Below, in pieces: positions 34,354 to 45,773 of a stretch of 64,000 nucleotides of DNA. The position numbers were made by a program, and so were the translations under genes. The DNA comes from an uncultured delta proteobacterium (GTDB taxonomy: Bacteria; Myxococcota; Myxococcia; Myxococcales; 40CM-4-68-19), in the NCBI GenBank assembly GCA_903911145.1, contig CAIWCD010000001.1:62001-126000 (forward strand), given 5' to 3'. Numbering within the stretch: position 1 is the first letter of the stretch; every line of letters starts with the position of its first letter. The notes under the pieces were generated by a model. The model saw only the letters and a program-made list of their open reading frames with translations, did not search any database and had not been told where the DNA came from.

Positions 34354-35034
34354 ATGCGAAGCGCTGCGACGATCGCGTTCTGCGTGCGGCCCGTTCGCGC
34401 TCGAGGAATGACGCTGATTGAGATCTGCATCGCAATCGGAATCGCGGCCGGTCTCGTCGCGATCGCGATCCCGGCGGTCTCGAGCATCACGCGCGCGCAG
34501 CTGCGGCAGAAGAGCGGGCAGCTCGCGGGAGGTCTGCGCTCGCTCTACGGCGCGTCGGCGCTGCGCTCGGCGACCTGCCGGCTCGTCCTTGATCTCGACG
34601 AAGGGAGCTACCAGTCGGAGTGCGCGAAGAGCACCGTGCGGCTCTCTGCCGAGGGAGAGAAGTCGCAGAACGGTCATCGCGAGGCGAGCAAGGATGAGGC
34701 GCTTCTCGCGGAGAAGAACCAGCAGGGTCTCTCCGATCAGGAGAAGGCGAAACTGGAGCTTCTGCAGAAGAGCAGCTTCTCGCCCACGCCCGATGTGCCC
34801 AAGACGCTGCTCGGGAAAGACGTGCACTTCGTCTCAGTCTGGGCCGAGCACCAGCCAGAGCGATACACGACGGGCCAGGCGTTTCTCTACTACTGGCCGA
34901 GCGGGATCGCGGAGCGCGCGAGCATCCAGCTCGGGCAAGGCGACGACTCGGTGATGAGCCTGATCGTCTCGCCGCTGACGGGACGCGTGCAGGTGATGAC
35001 GGGCGCGCACGACGCGACCGGAGAGAAGCCGTGA
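34354..35034 (+). CDS. gspH: Minor pseudopilin GspH
   Basis: RG|MTLIEI prepilin motif and position in the cluster. Confidence 0.8.
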   Translation: MRSAATIAFCVRPVRARGMTLIEICIAIGIAAGLVAIAIPAVSSITRAQLRQKSGQLAGGLRSLYGASALRSATCRLVLDLDEGSYQSECAKSTVRLSAEGEKSQNGHREASKDEALLAEKNQQGLSDQEKAKLELLQKSSFSPTPDVPKTLLGKDVHFVSVWAEHQPERYTTGQAFLYYWPSGIAERASIQLGQGDDSVMSLIVSPLTGRVQVMTGAHDATGEKP

Positions 35035-35840
35035 GCGCGCGCGGGTTCACGCTGCTCGAGGTGATGATCTCGCTGGCCATCCTCGCGATCGGCCTCGTCG
35101 CGATCGCGGATCTCAACGGCGGCGCGGTGCAGATGCATGCGTATGCGCGGCGCGCGAGTGAGGCCTCGCTGCTCTTGCGCGGGAAGATGCTCGACGTCGA
35201 GGAGCTGCTGCACAAGGACGGCTTCACCGATTACGACGACGAGAAGCACGGCGACTTCGATGCCGAGCAGGCTCCCGACTACAAGTGGAGCGCGGAGATC
35301 CTCAAGCCGGACATCAAGCTCGATCCGTCGCAGCTGATCGGGATGATGGGAGGCGCCGGCGATTCGAGCAGCTCCTCGTCGTCGAGCTCGTCGTCAAGCT
35401 CTTCGAGCGGCGGCCTCGGCAGCATCTTGAGCGCGATCGGTGGCGGGGGCGGACTCGCGTCGCTGCTCGGCGGCAGCAGCGGAAGTTCAAGCGGCATCAG
35501 CTCGGGAAGTCCGGGCGGCGCGGCCGGGCTCGCATCGGCCGGACCGTTCGCGGGGATCATCCAGGGCCAGGCCAAGCAGTTCGTCGAGACGATCAAGCAG
35601 AGCGTGCGCGAGATCCGCCTGACCGTGACGTGGAAGGACGGCAACGTCGATCGCAGCATCAGCGCATCGCAGATCATCGTTGTGCTTCCGGACTCAGTCG
35701 GCGCCGCCGGACAGACGCAGCAGATGACGCCGCAGCAGATCGCGCAGCAGGCGCAGCAGCAGGCCCAGAGCGCGCAGCAGGGGCAGCCGGCGAAGCAGCT
35801 CGGCACCTTGAATGTCTCCGGCGATGGAGACAGCAAATGA
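35031..35840 (+). CDS. gspI: Minor pseudopilin GspI (long Ser/Gly insertion)
   Basis: RG|FTLLEVMIS, VREIRLTVTW, and position in the cluster. Confidence 0.8.
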   Translation: MSARGFTLLEVMISLAILAIGLVAIADLNGGAVQMHAYARRASEASLLLRGKMLDVEELLHKDGFTDYDDEKHGDFDAEQAPDYKWSAEILKPDIKLDPSQLIGMMGGAGDSSSSSSSSSSSSSSSGGLGSILSAIGGGGGLASLLGGSSGSSSGISSGSPGGAAGLASAGPFAGIIQGQAKQFVETIKQSVREIRLTVTWKDGNVDRSISASQIIVVLPDSVGAAGQTQQMTPQQIAQQAQQQAQSAQQGQPAKQLGTLNVSGDGDSK

Positions 35841-36526
35841 CGCTCGCCCGCGCCCAGCAAGGCCGAGCGCGTGGTTTCACGCTGCTCGAGGTCCTGATCG
35901 CCGTCGCCGTGCTCGGCCTGATCGGCGGCATCACCTACAAGGCGTTCGACGGCGCCAACGATCTCAAGTCGCGCATCGAGAAGGCTGAGGATCGCGATCA
36001 GATGATGCGCTCGGCTCTCTCGCGCATGGCCCGCGAGATCGAGATGGCCTACCTCTCGAATCATTACGATACGAAGCGCTACCGCACGCGGCCCACCATC
36101 TTCCGGATCAAGGATGGGCGGCGCGAAGCCGATCTGCTTTTCACCTCGTTTGCGAACGAGCGACTGCACACAGACGTGAAGGCCTCCGACGAAGCGGCCT
36201 TCGAATATTCGCTCGGCAACGCGGACGACGGGAGCGGTGGGACCAACCTCTTCCGGCGCGTGAAGCCGGTCATCGACGAGGACATCGAGCGCGACGGAGA
36301 CAAGCAGGTGCTCGCGGAGAATGTCATCTCGCTGCTCATCGAGGCGTGGGATCCGAAGGAGCGCGAGTGGCGCGACGAGTGGGATTCCAACTCGACCACG
36401 CAGACCGGCAATGTGCTCATCCCGCCGCGCGTGAAGCTCGCGCTCACCTTCAAGGACGAGTCGGGCAAGGAGAAGACGCTCACCACGCAAGCGAAGATCT
36501 TCCTCGGCCAACCGCTGGACTTCTGA
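35837..36526 (+). CDS. gspJ: Minor pseudopilin GspJ
   Basis: RG|FTLLEVLIA, WRDEWDS, PPRVKLAL. ATGA coupling to gspI. Confidence 0.85.
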   Translation: MTLARAQQGRARGFTLLEVLIAVAVLGLIGGITYKAFDGANDLKSRIEKAEDRDQMMRSALSRMAREIEMAYLSNHYDTKRYRTRPTIFRIKDGRREADLLFTSFANERLHTDVKASDEAAFEYSLGNADDGSGGTNLFRRVKPVIDEDIERDGDKQVLAENVISLLIEAWDPKEREWRDEWDSNSTTQTGNVLIPPRVKLALTFKDESGKEKTLTTQAKIFLGQPLDF

Positions 36527-38007
36527 TGGATGCTTTGAACACCAACGATCTCGTCCCGACCGCTCCTGGCGCGGCTGCACGCGCGCGGCCAGGAACGAAG
36601 TCGTCCCGCAAGGGCATGCGGCGGCGCGATCGGGGCGGTGGCGCGCGGCGAGGCGTGGCGCTGATTCTCGTGCTCACGACGCTGGCGATCCTCACCTCTC
36701 TTGGCGTCGACTTCAGCTACTCGACGCGCGTCAACCTCAAGCTCGCGGAGAATCTGCGCGACGAGCTGCGCGCGTATTACATGGCGCGGTCGGCGATCAG
36801 CCTGACGCGCATGCTGCTGCACTTCCAGAAGCAGCTCGACTCGGTCGGCGGCGCGGCCATCGCAGGACTGCAGCAGATGATGTCGAAGATGCCGGGCGCG
36901 GCGGGGGCCACGGGCGCGCCGGGAGCCTCGGGCAGCACTGCTGGAGCGGCACCGCCCGCGAGCAGCGGCGGTCTCGGCATCCGGCTCTGGGAGCTGATCC
37001 CGATCGACTCGAATGCGTTTGGAATGCTGCTCGGCGGAGGCTCGCTGTCGGATATGGACCCGACTGCGATGGGCGCGGATCGCGACCCGGCCGATCTCGC
37101 CAAGCGCGCGAAGGAGCTCGCGGGGCTGCAGGGATTGGCGCACGAACGCCCGCCCGGCGCGCCGCCTCTCGACAAGCCGCTGCATGCCTTCTCGAGCTTC
37201 GATGGAAGCTACTCCGCGAAGATCACCGACGAGAACAGCCGCATCAATGTCATCGGCCTCGACGGACTCGGCGGCCAGCCGATGGCTGCGCTCACCCAGT
37301 TGCGCGCGATGATGGCGCCACCCAAATACGACTTCATCTTCAACGAGGACGATGCCAACCGTGATCGGGTCCAGCGCGACGACGTGATCATCGCGATGAA
37401 GGATTGGATCGATCAGGACGAGATCGGCACCGGCATCGATCCGACCAATCTGCGCAGCCCCTTTGTCAGCGCATTCTCCGACGAGAACGGGGCATATGAT
37501 CGATATACGCCTCGATATAAGGCGAAGAACGCCCGCTTCGACAGCCTGCAAGAGCTCTACATGGTGCGGGGCGTGAACGATCGCTTCATGGCTGCGTTCG
37601 GCGATCGCCTCACCATCTGGCCGGATATCAATTCCAAGCTCAATATCAACACGTCCGATCCGCAGCAGATGATGACCAACATCCTCATCGCCGCGGCCAA
37701 TCCGAACGACTATCGGCTCCAGGATCCACTCCTGCTCAAGACGATCCTGCAGGAGATCCAGATGCGGAAGATGTTCTCGTTCTTCGGCCTGTCGTCGGCC
37801 GATTTCGTCGGCGTGCTCGTCGCGAACGGCGTGCAGGTGCGTCCTGAATTGCAGCAGGCCAACAGCCCGCTCAACTTTCTCGGCTCGCAGAGCGACACGT
37901 TTCGCATCGCGGCCACGGGGCGATGGGGACGCGTGGAGAAGAGGATCACTGCGGTCGTGCGCTACGACGATCTGCTCGGCAAGCTGCTCTACTGGAAGGA
38001 AGAGTAA
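36526..38007 (+). CDS. gspK: Minor pseudopilin GspK
   Basis: RG|VALILVL (no E5), DENSRINV, KNARFDSLQELYMVRG and KLNINT. Confidence 0.9.
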   Translation: MDALNTNDLVPTAPGAAARARPGTKSSRKGMRRRDRGGGARRGVALILVLTTLAILTSLGVDFSYSTRVNLKLAENLRDELRAYYMARSAISLTRMLLHFQKQLDSVGGAAIAGLQQMMSKMPGAAGATGAPGASGSTAGAAPPASSGGLGIRLWELIPIDSNAFGMLLGGGSLSDMDPTAMGADRDPADLAKRAKELAGLQGLAHERPPGAPPLDKPLHAFSSFDGSYSAKITDENSRINVIGLDGLGGQPMAALTQLRAMMAPPKYDFIFNEDDANRDRVQRDDVIIAMKDWIDQDEIGTGIDPTNLRSPFVSAFSDENGAYDRYTPRYKAKNARFDSLQELYMVRGVNDRFMAAFGDRLTIWPDINSKLNINTSDPQQMMTNILIAAANPNDYRLQDPLLLKTILQEIQMRKMFSFFGLSSADFVGVLVANGVQVRPELQQANSPLNFLGSQSDTFRIAATGRWGRVEKRITAVVRYDDLLGKLLYWKEE

Positions 38008-39507
38008 TGCATCGAATTGTCGGACTGGATGTCTCGCCTGAGGCGGTGCGGCTCGTCGCGCTGGAGAGCGGCTTTCGCGGCTTTCGCGTGCTCGACGCCC
38101 AGAGCGTCGCGCTCGGCGAAGGTGGGCTTTCGGGCGAGGCGCTCACGGCCGCGCTCAAGCAACTCGGCCTGTCGCTGAGCGACGATTCAGTCGCCATCGC
38201 GCTGCCCGCTTCGCAGGTCGCAAGCCACCTCTTCACCCTGCCCTTCACCGATCCGCGCCGCATCGAGCAGGTGCTGCCCGCCGAGGTGGAAGGCGCGATT
38301 CCGTTCGAGATGGACGACGTGATCTGGGACCACTGCGTGCTCTCGCAAGAGGGCGGCAAGAGCCAGGTGCTCGTCGCGGTGGTGCAGAAGAGCGTGCTGC
38401 AGAAGGCACTCGATGATCTCAAGGCCGTCGGCGTCGAGCCGCGCTCGGTGACGTGCGCGCCGATGGCGCTCGCGGCGCTCGAGGAGAAGAAGCTGCTCGC
38501 GCTCGCTCCCGCTGGCAGCGATGCGGTCACGGGCGCGCCGGCGAACTCGGTGCTGCTGCTCGAGGCTGGTCCCGATCGCGCAAGCGTGACGCTGATGTAC
38601 AACGGGATGATCGAACTCGCCCGATCGCTCTCGGCCGCGCCAGTGGCGCTCTGGAGCGCTGCGACAGCTGGAGACGCGAACGCGCTCGACCGGCTGCTTG
38701 GGCCTCTCGCGCGCGATCTGAAACTCGCGCTGCGCTCGCGCGCGCTCACCGGACCGAAGGCGCCGACGCGCGTGCTGCTCGTCGGCCCGATAGCATCGCT
38801 CCCGAACGTCGTCGCGCAGCTCGCGGAGCTCCTGCCGTTTCGCGCCGAGCCGCTCACCCTCGATGCTGCGGCCCAGTTGCCCGCCAACACGCCGCCCTCG
38901 TCGGAGATCGCGCTCGCGCTCTCGCTCGCTCTGCGCGCGCAGAATCCACGCGGCCACATCAACTTCCGCAAGGGGGGAGATGGCCTTCACCAAGGATCTC
39001 TCGCAGGCGCGTGGCCAGCTCATGCGCGTCGCGATCGCCGCGGGAATCGTCCTTGTGCTCGCGCTCATCAGCAGCATCGCGAAACTCTCCGCGCTCTCGC
39101 GCCAGACCGCCTCGTATGACGATGCGCTCTGCGCTGCGACCAAGAAGACGCTCGGCAACTGCGTGACCGACTACAAGGTCGCGGTCTCGCAGATGTCGGG
39201 AGGCAGCTCGAAGGCCGCCGGCGTACCGCGCGTCTCCGGCAGCGAGGTGCTGGCCGAGGTGCTCAAGAATCTGCCGGAAGCGGTCGTGCCGCTGCTCGAG
39301 GACATCGAGGTGACGACCACCAGCGTGCGCCTCAAAGGGATCGCGGACGGATTCGCTGCCGTCGATCAGATCGTCGCTGGCCTCAAGGTCGACAAGTGCT
39401 TCGGCGAGATCAAGCAGTCGCGTGTCGAGAAGCAGAAGGACAGCCAGAAGATCGGGTTCGCTCTCGACTTCGCGTACAGCTGCTCCGGCGAAACGGGAGG
39501 CACGTAA
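38007..39507 (+). pseudogene. gspL: GspL, interrupted by a one-base insertion in a G6 run (38972-38977)
   Basis: An actin/PilM-like domain (IVGLDVS, LPFTD...EVEGAIPF) is in one frame, the TM and periplasmic part in another. Removing one G restores ...HINFRKGEMAFTKDL... Confidence 0.8.
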
Positions 39508-40064
39508 TGGAGAAGCTCAAGCGCCTCTTGCGCGACGCCTCGGAGTATCTCGCCGCGGCATCTCCGCGCGAGAAGCGGCTGGTGCTGCTCGCGGCGAGCG
39601 CCGTCATCGGGATGATTCTCTTCATCACGTTCGCGAGCATCTCCTCGGCGATCCAGAAGAAGCAGGATTCTCTCGAAGAGAAGCAGCTCGCGTTCGAGAA
39701 GGTGCGCCGCCTTGCCGCCGACTACAGCGTGCGCGAGCAGGAGCGGCAGATGCTGGAGGCGAAATTGCGCCAGAGCCCACCAGCACTGATGAGCTTCGTC
39801 GACGGACTCGCCAAGAGCGAGGGCATCGAGATCGGCAGCATGAGCAACAACGGCGTTGTCAGCGGAGGCAAGGACGGCAAGCCGCGCGAGAACTCGGTCG
39901 AGGTGAATCTCGGGAAGATCCCGCAGGAGAAGCTCACGCACCTGCTCGACGCGATCGAGAAGAGCCCGGGCGTGGTGCGCGTGCGCCGCCTGCGCGTTCG
40001 CAAGTCGTCGGACAACAAAGAGACGCTCGACGTGACCTTACGAATTTCCAGCTGGGGTGAGTAA
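39507..40064 (+). CDS. gspM: Type II secretion protein GspM
   Basis: SPREKRLV plus TM, coiled coil and ferredoxin-like C-terminus. TAATG coupling. Confidence 0.85.
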   Translation: MEKLKRLLRDASEYLAAASPREKRLVLLAASAVIGMILFITFASISSAIQKKQDSLEEKQLAFEKVRRLAADYSVREQERQMLEAKLRQSPPALMSFVDGLAKSEGIEIGSMSNNGVVSGGKDGKPRENSVEVNLGKIPQEKLTHLLDAIEKSPGVVRVRRLRVRKSSDNKETLDVTLRISSWGE

Positions 40065-40983
40065 CGTGGTCGACACCGCCGCTCCATTCCTCGCGCGCAG
40101 TCCACGGTTGCGCAAGGCACTCGCGCCGCTGCTCTTCGTCGTCGCGCTGCTCTTCTTTCTCTTCCAGACGTTTCCCTACGAGACGCTCTCGCAGCGCATC
40201 GTGAGCGAAGCGCGCACGGCCGGATACGACCTCTCGATTGGCACCCTCTCGCACGCGGGGCTGCTCGGGCTGTCGGCGACCGACGTGCACATCAAGTCGA
40301 TCAACGCCGACGCACCGGGCGGTCCGCTGGAGCTCAAGCTCGAGAAGCTGGTGCTCAAGCCGGAGCTGCTCGGCCTGGTCCTGCGGCGCACGGCTGTCGC
40401 ATTCAATGTCGAGGCCTACGGCGGCAACGCCCACGGGCTTGTGCGTGTCTCGAACGATCCGAAAGCGCCGGGCCTGAGCGCGCTCCAGCTCACTGCCGAT
40501 GCGTTCGATCTCAAGTCGCTGCCGCCCTCTCTCGTCGAGGGGATCGAGATGATCGGCCAGCTCGGCATCCAGGCTGACGTCTCGTCGCTGCAGGCGCTCG
40601 AAGGATCGGCCGGCACCATCTCGTTTGCACTCAAAGGATCGGCGCTGGTCAAGGGAATGGTGATGGGCTTCCCGCTTCCCAAGGTGATGCTCGGAGATCT
40701 GACGGGGAGCATGGCGATCGACAAGGGACTCGCGAAGCTCGAGAAGATGCAGCTGCGCGGCGGAGACGTCGACGCGGAGTTCGAGGGGAGCGTCCGCCTC
40801 AAGCCGCTGCTGATGGCATCGCAGGCCGACCTCAAAGTGCATCTCAAGCCGAAGGACAGCTGGCTCGATGCCAATCCGCTCGTCAAAGGCAGCATGGGAT
40901 TTCTCGGTCCCAAGCAGGGCGACGGCTACTGGGTCACCGTGACCGGACCGCTCTCGCACATGACGCCGCGGCCGGGCAAGTAA
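40057..40983 (+). CDS. gspN: Type II secretion protein GspN
   Basis: TM plus TFPYETL motif and a beta-rich body. Last gene of the cluster. Confidence 0.8.
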   Translation: MSNVVDTAAPFLARSPRLRKALAPLLFVVALLFFLFQTFPYETLSQRIVSEARTAGYDLSIGTLSHAGLLGLSATDVHIKSINADAPGGPLELKLEKLVLKPELLGLVLRRTAVAFNVEAYGGNAHGLVRVSNDPKAPGLSALQLTADAFDLKSLPPSLVEGIEMIGQLGIQADVSSLQALEGSAGTISFALKGSALVKGMVMGFPLPKVMLGDLTGSMAIDKGLAKLEKMQLRGGDVDAEFEGSVRLKPLLMASQADLKVHLKPKDSWLDANPLVKGSMGFLGPKQGDGYWVTVTGPLSHMTPRPGK

Positions 40984-41041
40984 TGCGCAAGGCCGCGCCC
41001 AGAGCGGCTTTGCGGGATTCGGCGAGACACACGTCTTCTCG

Positions 41042-42013
41042 ATGAACCACGACGACGAGAGCGGACTCAAGGCGATCGCCGCGGCAGCATCCGTGCGCAG
41101 CGTCGCGCCGCCAGCGCTCTGCGGGCCGTTGCGCGTCGAGGTGAGCGACCGGACGTTTCACGATCCAGGCCGTTCGCGCGACGTGCCCGCGAGGATCCAT
41201 CTTCCCGTCTGCACGGCGCCGGTTCCTCTCGTCATCTTCTCGCACGGCCTCGGAGGCTCCCGCACAGGCTACGCGCAGCTCGCCCGGGCCTGGGCCTCGC
41301 ACGGGATCGCGGTCGTGCTCCCGTCGCACGCGGGGAGCGATGGAGCGATCTTCCAGAAGCTGCGTTCACCCGCGAAGGTGATGCGGGCCGCGCTTGAAGA
41401 CACGAAGAACTGGGAAGCGCGACCGGCCGACATCTCCTTCGTCATCGACGAACTGACGCGCTTGACCTTGCTGGGCGCGGACGAGCCGCTCGCCGGCAGG
41501 TTCGACCTCTCGCGCATCGGTGTCGGCGGCCACTCGTTCGGCGCCTGGACCGTCTCTGCCGTCGCCGGAGCGCGTGTGACATTTCCGGGTGAACTGTCAC
41601 ATCGCGCGCTGGCCGACCCGAGACCAGTCGCATTCCTCGCGATGTCGCCGACGGTCTACGACGAGCGCGGCCAGTCGTCAGGTTCGTGGGGCTCAATCGA
41701 GAGGCCGCTGCTGGTGATGACCGGGACGAAGGACAACACCCTCGACGGGCAGAGCTACGAAGAGAGGCTCGTGCCGTTCCGCGATCTTCCTGCAGGCGAC
41801 AAGTGGCTGCTGGTCATCGAGGGAGCCGAGCACCTCACGTTCTCCGGCGGCACCGCGTTCAAGCCCGTGAGCGCGCCGATGGAGCGGGCGATTGAAGAGG
41901 CGAGTCTGGCGTTCTGGGATGCCGAACTGCGCGCCGATGATCGCGCCCGCGCGCTCCTCCAGCCTGCGTCTCTCTCGGCGGAGGGTGTTCGAGTCCACGT
42001 CGAAACGAAGTGA
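41042..42013 (+). CDS. Alpha/beta hydrolase (PAF-acetylhydrolase/chlorophyllase-like)
   Basis: PLVIFSHGLGGS, GHSFG nucleophile, TGTKD and GAEHLTF. Confidence 0.88.
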   Translation: MNHDDESGLKAIAAAASVRSVAPPALCGPLRVEVSDRTFHDPGRSRDVPARIHLPVCTAPVPLVIFSHGLGGSRTGYAQLARAWASHGIAVVLPSHAGSDGAIFQKLRSPAKVMRAALEDTKNWEARPADISFVIDELTRLTLLGADEPLAGRFDLSRIGVGGHSFGAWTVSAVAGARVTFPGELSHRALADPRPVAFLAMSPTVYDERGQSSGSWGSIERPLLVMTGTKDNTLDGQSYEERLVPFRDLPAGDKWLLVIEGAEHLTFSGGTAFKPVSAPMERAIEEASLAFWDAELRADDRARALLQPASLSAEGVRVHVETK

Positions 42014-42060
42014 ACGTTGGCTTCAGTATTCAAACTTTGAATCCAGATTCACTTCAAGCT

Positions 42061-42828
42061 CTACGCCGCGGAGATCTCCTGCGCAATCGCCTCTGCGGCC
42101 GCAGCAGGATCGCTCGCATCGCGAAGCGGCCGGCCGATCACCAGCCAGTCCGCTCCAGCGCGCACAGTCTCTGCGGGCGTTCCGACGCGCTTCTGATCGC
42201 CGAGCGCCGCGCCCACAGGACGCACTCCCGGCACCACCAGCAGAGGGTCCCGCCCGAGCTCCGCGCGCAGCAGCGCAACCTCGTGCGGCGAACAGACGAG
42301 GCCATCGGCGCCGGCTCTCACCGCGAGTCGCGCGAGCCGCAAAGCCGCGTCCCGCGCGGGCGCGCGCATGCCGATCGAATCCAGCTCGGCATCTCCGAGC
42401 GAGGTGAGCACCGTGACCGCGAGCAACTTCGGTGTCGGAAGATTGGCTGCGCGCGCGCCTGCCTCGAGCCCCCGCTTCGCGGCCGCAATCATCTCCGCGC
42501 CGCCGCTGGCGTGAATCGTCACCAAAGCCGCGCCCAGTGCACCGGCGCCGCGCGACGCGCTCTCCACCGTCTGCGGAATGTCGTGCAGCTTGAGGTCGAG
42601 AAAGATCGGCGTGCCGAACTTCGCAAGCGCATCGATCGAGGCGCGGCCGTGCGCCACGAACAGCTCGAGACCGACCTTGAAGAGCCCGACCTTCCCGGCA
42701 AGCTTCTGGGCAAGCACGGCCGCACTCTGCGGATCGGGAAGATCAAGCGCAGCGCAGATGCGCGCGTGCGCGTCTGTCGGACGAACGAGAGCTGCGCGGC
42801 CGGTCTCACTCTGCGATGCGCTGCCCAT
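42061..42828 (-). CDS. pyrF: Orotidine-5'-phosphate decarboxylase
   Basis: [30 protein letters not shown] and VIGRP. Confidence 0.95.
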   Translation of the reverse strand: MGSASQSETGRAALVRPTDAHARICAALDLPDPQSAAVLAQKLAGKVGLFKVGLELFVAHGRASIDALAKFGTPIFLDLKLHDIPQTVESASRGAGALGAALVTIHASGGAEMIAAAKRGLEAGARAANLPTPKLLAVTVLTSLGDAELDSIGMRAPARDAALRLARLAVRAGADGLVCSPHEVALLRAELGRDPLLVVPGVRPVGAALGDQKRVGTPAETVRAGADWLVIGRPLRDASDPAAAAEAIAQEISAA

Positions 42829-42846
42829 CGATCGGCCTCTGGCTCG

Positions 42847-44595
42847 CTAGACCGACGCGAGCTTGCCGCCACCGGCGATCACCGCGGCCTTCGCCTTCGC
42901 GACCACCTCCGCGAGAGGAACGAGCGCGACCTCCTTCTCGCCGCGCACCTTCCACTCGATTTTTCCCTCGGCGAGCCCCTTCTTGCCGACGGCGAGTCGC
43001 ACAGGAAGACCGACGAGATCGGCGTCCTTGAACTTCACGCCGGCGCGCTCATCGCGATCATCGAGCAGCACCTCGACACCCGCGGCCGTGAGCTCGCGAT
43101 AGAGCGTCTCGGCCGCGTTGCGCACCTCTTCGTCCTGCATCTGCAGCGGCAACAGCGCGAGATGAAACGGCGCAATGCTCATCGGCCAGCGGATGCCGTC
43201 AGCATCGTGATGCAGCTCGACCGCACCTGCGAGGATGCGCTCGACGCCGATGCCGTAGCTCCCCATGATGATCGGCTGCTCCTTGCCCGCCTCATCGAGG
43301 ACCTTGGCGCCCATGCTCTCCGAGTAGCGCGTGCCGAGCTTGAAGATGTGGCCGACCTCGAGCGCCTTGCCGACGACGAGTGCCTTGCCGCACTTCGGGC
43401 ACCCTTCTCCCTCGAGAACCTGGCGCAGATCGAACGACGTCGCGTGCTTGAGATCGCGCACGACAGAGACGTTGCGCAAGTGGAACCCGTCCTTGTTCGC
43501 GCCCGTCACCATCCCCGACAGGCCCGCGAGGCGAGCGTCGATGAAGACGCGCAGATCGTTTGTGTTCAAACCAATTCCGCCGAGCGATCCAGGCTTCGCG
43601 CCCATCCACTTGACGATCTCTTCGGGATGCGCCGGACGCACCTCGCTCGCGCCAGAGGCCGTCTGCAGCTTCGCCTCGTTGAGCTGATCGTCGCCGCGGA
43701 TGATCGCGACGAGCGGCTTTCCATCGCCGACGTAGACGAGCGACTTGAGCTGCTTGCGCGCACCGTGCCCGTACGGCTGGCGCTGCAGCGCTTCGATGGT
43801 CACCACGCCCGGCGTCGCAAACTCCTCGAGCGGCAAGAGCGCGCCATCCGGTGCGGCGTAGACGTCGGGCGTCTCGATCTTGCTCGTCGCCTTCTCGGTG
43901 TTCGCCGCGTAGCCGCAATCCGAGCAGCTCGCGATCAGATCCTCGCCCGCGTCGGTGCGCACCATGAACTCGGTCGAGCCGCTGCCGCCCATCGCTCCCG
44001 AGTGCGCATCGACCTGCACCGTCTGCAAGCCGCAGCGCCCGAAGATCTTCTCGTACGCATGCCGGTGCGCCTCGAACGACGCATCGAGCCCCTCGCGCGT
44101 CAGGTCGAACGAGTAGCTGTCCTTCATCGTGAACTGCCGCACGCGCAAGAGCCCGCTCTTCGGTCGCGCCTCGTCGCGGAACTTCGTCTGGATCTGGTAC
44201 CAGCTCTGCGGCAGCTGCCGGTACGAGCGCAGCTCCGTGCGCGCGATGAAGGTGAAGACCTCCTCGTGCGTCATCGCCAGACAGAAGTCGGCGCCCTTGC
44301 GATCCTTGAGGCGGAACATGTTGTCGCCCATCACCGACCAGCGCCCCGACTCCTCCCAGATCTCTCGAGGAGAGAGCGCGGGCAGATAGAACTCCTGCGC
44401 GCCGATCGCGTTCATCTCGCTGCGCACGATCTCGGTGATCTTGAGCAGAGCGCGCTGCGCGAGCGGCAGCATCGAGTAGATGCCCGCCGAGAGCTGGCGG
44501 ATGAACCCGCCGCGCACGAGCAACTGGTGGCTGACGACCTGCGCGTCAGTGGGAACTTCCTTGAGCGTCGGGACGAACGATTTCGAGAGACGCAT
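42847..44595 (-). CDS. proS: Proline--tRNA ligase
   Basis: [20 protein letters not shown], editing insertion, EVGHIFKLG and GSYGIGVER. Confidence 0.97.
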   Translation of the reverse strand: MRLSKSFVPTLKEVPTDAQVVSHQLLVRGGFIRQLSAGIYSMLPLAQRALLKITEIVRSEMNAIGAQEFYLPALSPREIWEESGRWSVMGDNMFRLKDRKGADFCLAMTHEEVFTFIARTELRSYRQLPQSWYQIQTKFRDEARPKSGLLRVRQFTMKDSYSFDLTREGLDASFEAHRHAYEKIFGRCGLQTVQVDAHSGAMGGSGSTEFMVRTDAGEDLIASCSDCGYAANTEKATSKIETPDVYAAPDGALLPLEEFATPGVVTIEALQRQPYGHGARKQLKSLVYVGDGKPLVAIIRGDDQLNEAKLQTASGASEVRPAHPEEIVKWMGAKPGSLGGIGLNTNDLRVFIDARLAGLSGMVTGANKDGFHLRNVSVVRDLKHATSFDLRQVLEGEGCPKCGKALVVGKALEVGHIFKLGTRYSESMGAKVLDEAGKEQPIIMGSYGIGVERILAGAVELHHDADGIRWPMSIAPFHLALLPLQMQDEEVRNAAETLYRELTAAGVEVLLDDRDERAGVKFKDADLVGLPVRLAVGKKGLAEGKIEWKVRGEKEVALVPLAEVVAKAKAAVIAGGGKLASV

Positions 44596-44597
44596 GA

Positions 44598-45683
44598 TTA
44601 CCCTCCCGCGATTTCGCGATCGATCACGACCTTGAACTCCTCGAACGGCACCGCGCCGTTGATGAACTGGCCGTTGACGAAGTAGGCCGGAGTCCCCTCG
44701 ACGCCCGCTTCGCTGCCGGCCTTCTGATCGAGCGCGACCGCGGCCTTCTTCGCACCGCCGTCGAGGCAGGCATCGAACTTCGCCGCGTCGAGGCCCGCGA
44801 TTGCGTGCGCCGTAGCCTTGAGATCCTCGACAGCAAGCTTCTTCTGGTCGCCGAACATCTTGTCGTGCATCTCCCAGAACTTGCCCTGATCCGCGGCGCA
44901 CGCACCCGCCTCCGCGGCCTTCTCTGCGAACGGATGGAACGAGAGCGGGAAGTTGCGGAACACCACGCGGACCTTGCCCGGATACTCCTTGAGCAGCCGC
45001 TCCTCGGTGGGCACCGACTTCGAGCAGTACGGGCACTGGAAGTCGCTGAAGATCACCACCGTGATCTTGGCGTTGTCGGGGCCGCGCGCAGGCCCGGTCG
45101 CCTCGACTTCGATGCGCGGGAGCACGGGCGGCGCGAGCGCGAGCTTCACTCCGTGCTTGGCCTTGAGCTGATCGAGCAGCACGGTGAGCTTCTTCCGCGC
45201 CGCGTCCTTCTTCATGTAGTCGATGATCTGCCCCGACATGTCGTCGAACGAGTGGCCCTGCATCTCGGCCATGTGCTCAGCGAAGAAGGCCTTCGCGTCC
45301 GCGTCGCTCGGCGCGGGCACCGACCCGATGAAATCCTTCGCGAACCACTCGTCGAGCGACTTGCCTGCGGCCTTCGCCTCGCCCTCGAGCAGGCGATTGG
45401 AGATCAGCTCCTCGAGCGCGCCCTTGCGAAGATCGTAGACCTTCGTGAGGTACTCGGTGGTCGCCTGCCGGACCTTGCTGCCGACCGCCTTGTCAAGGTC
45501 GCCATAGGTGATCGCCTGGCCGTCGATGGTCGCGACCTGCGTGCCCAGGTCGACATCGGTGGATCCCTTCGCTGCCTGCGTCTGCGCGGGCGGCGGCGTG
45601 CGGGAGGCGTTGCTGGCGTTGCTGCAAGCGAGCGCGCCGACGAGGCAGAGCGCTGCGGCGAGGTGCAATCGGCGGCTCTTCAT
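44598..45683 (-). CDS. DsbA-family thioredoxin lipoprotein with SurA-like N-domain
   Basis: Lipobox [18 protein letters not shown] and GVEGTP (cis-Pro). Confidence 0.9.
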   Translation of the reverse strand: MKSRRLHLAAALCLVGALACSNASNASRTPPPAQTQAAKGSTDVDLGTQVATIDGQAITYGDLDKAVGSKVRQATTEYLTKVYDLRKGALEELISNRLLEGEAKAAGKSLDEWFAKDFIGSVPAPSDADAKAFFAEHMAEMQGHSFDDMSGQIIDYMKKDAARKKLTVLLDQLKAKHGVKLALAPPVLPRIEVEATGPARGPDNAKITVVIFSDFQCPYCSKSVPTEERLLKEYPGKVRVVFRNFPLSFHPFAEKAAEAGACAADQGKFWEMHDKMFGDQKKLAVEDLKATAHAIAGLDAAKFDACLDGGAKKAAVALDQKAGSEAGVEGTPAYFVNGQFINGAVPFEEFKVVIDREIAGG

Positions 45684-45773
45684 GCGATTCTCCAGAGGGA
45701 TACAGAGCAAAAAAGTTGGCCAACTTAGGGGAGCGGCGAGGCCGGCGTCAACTGCTCGGAAAGTGATGGGGGC

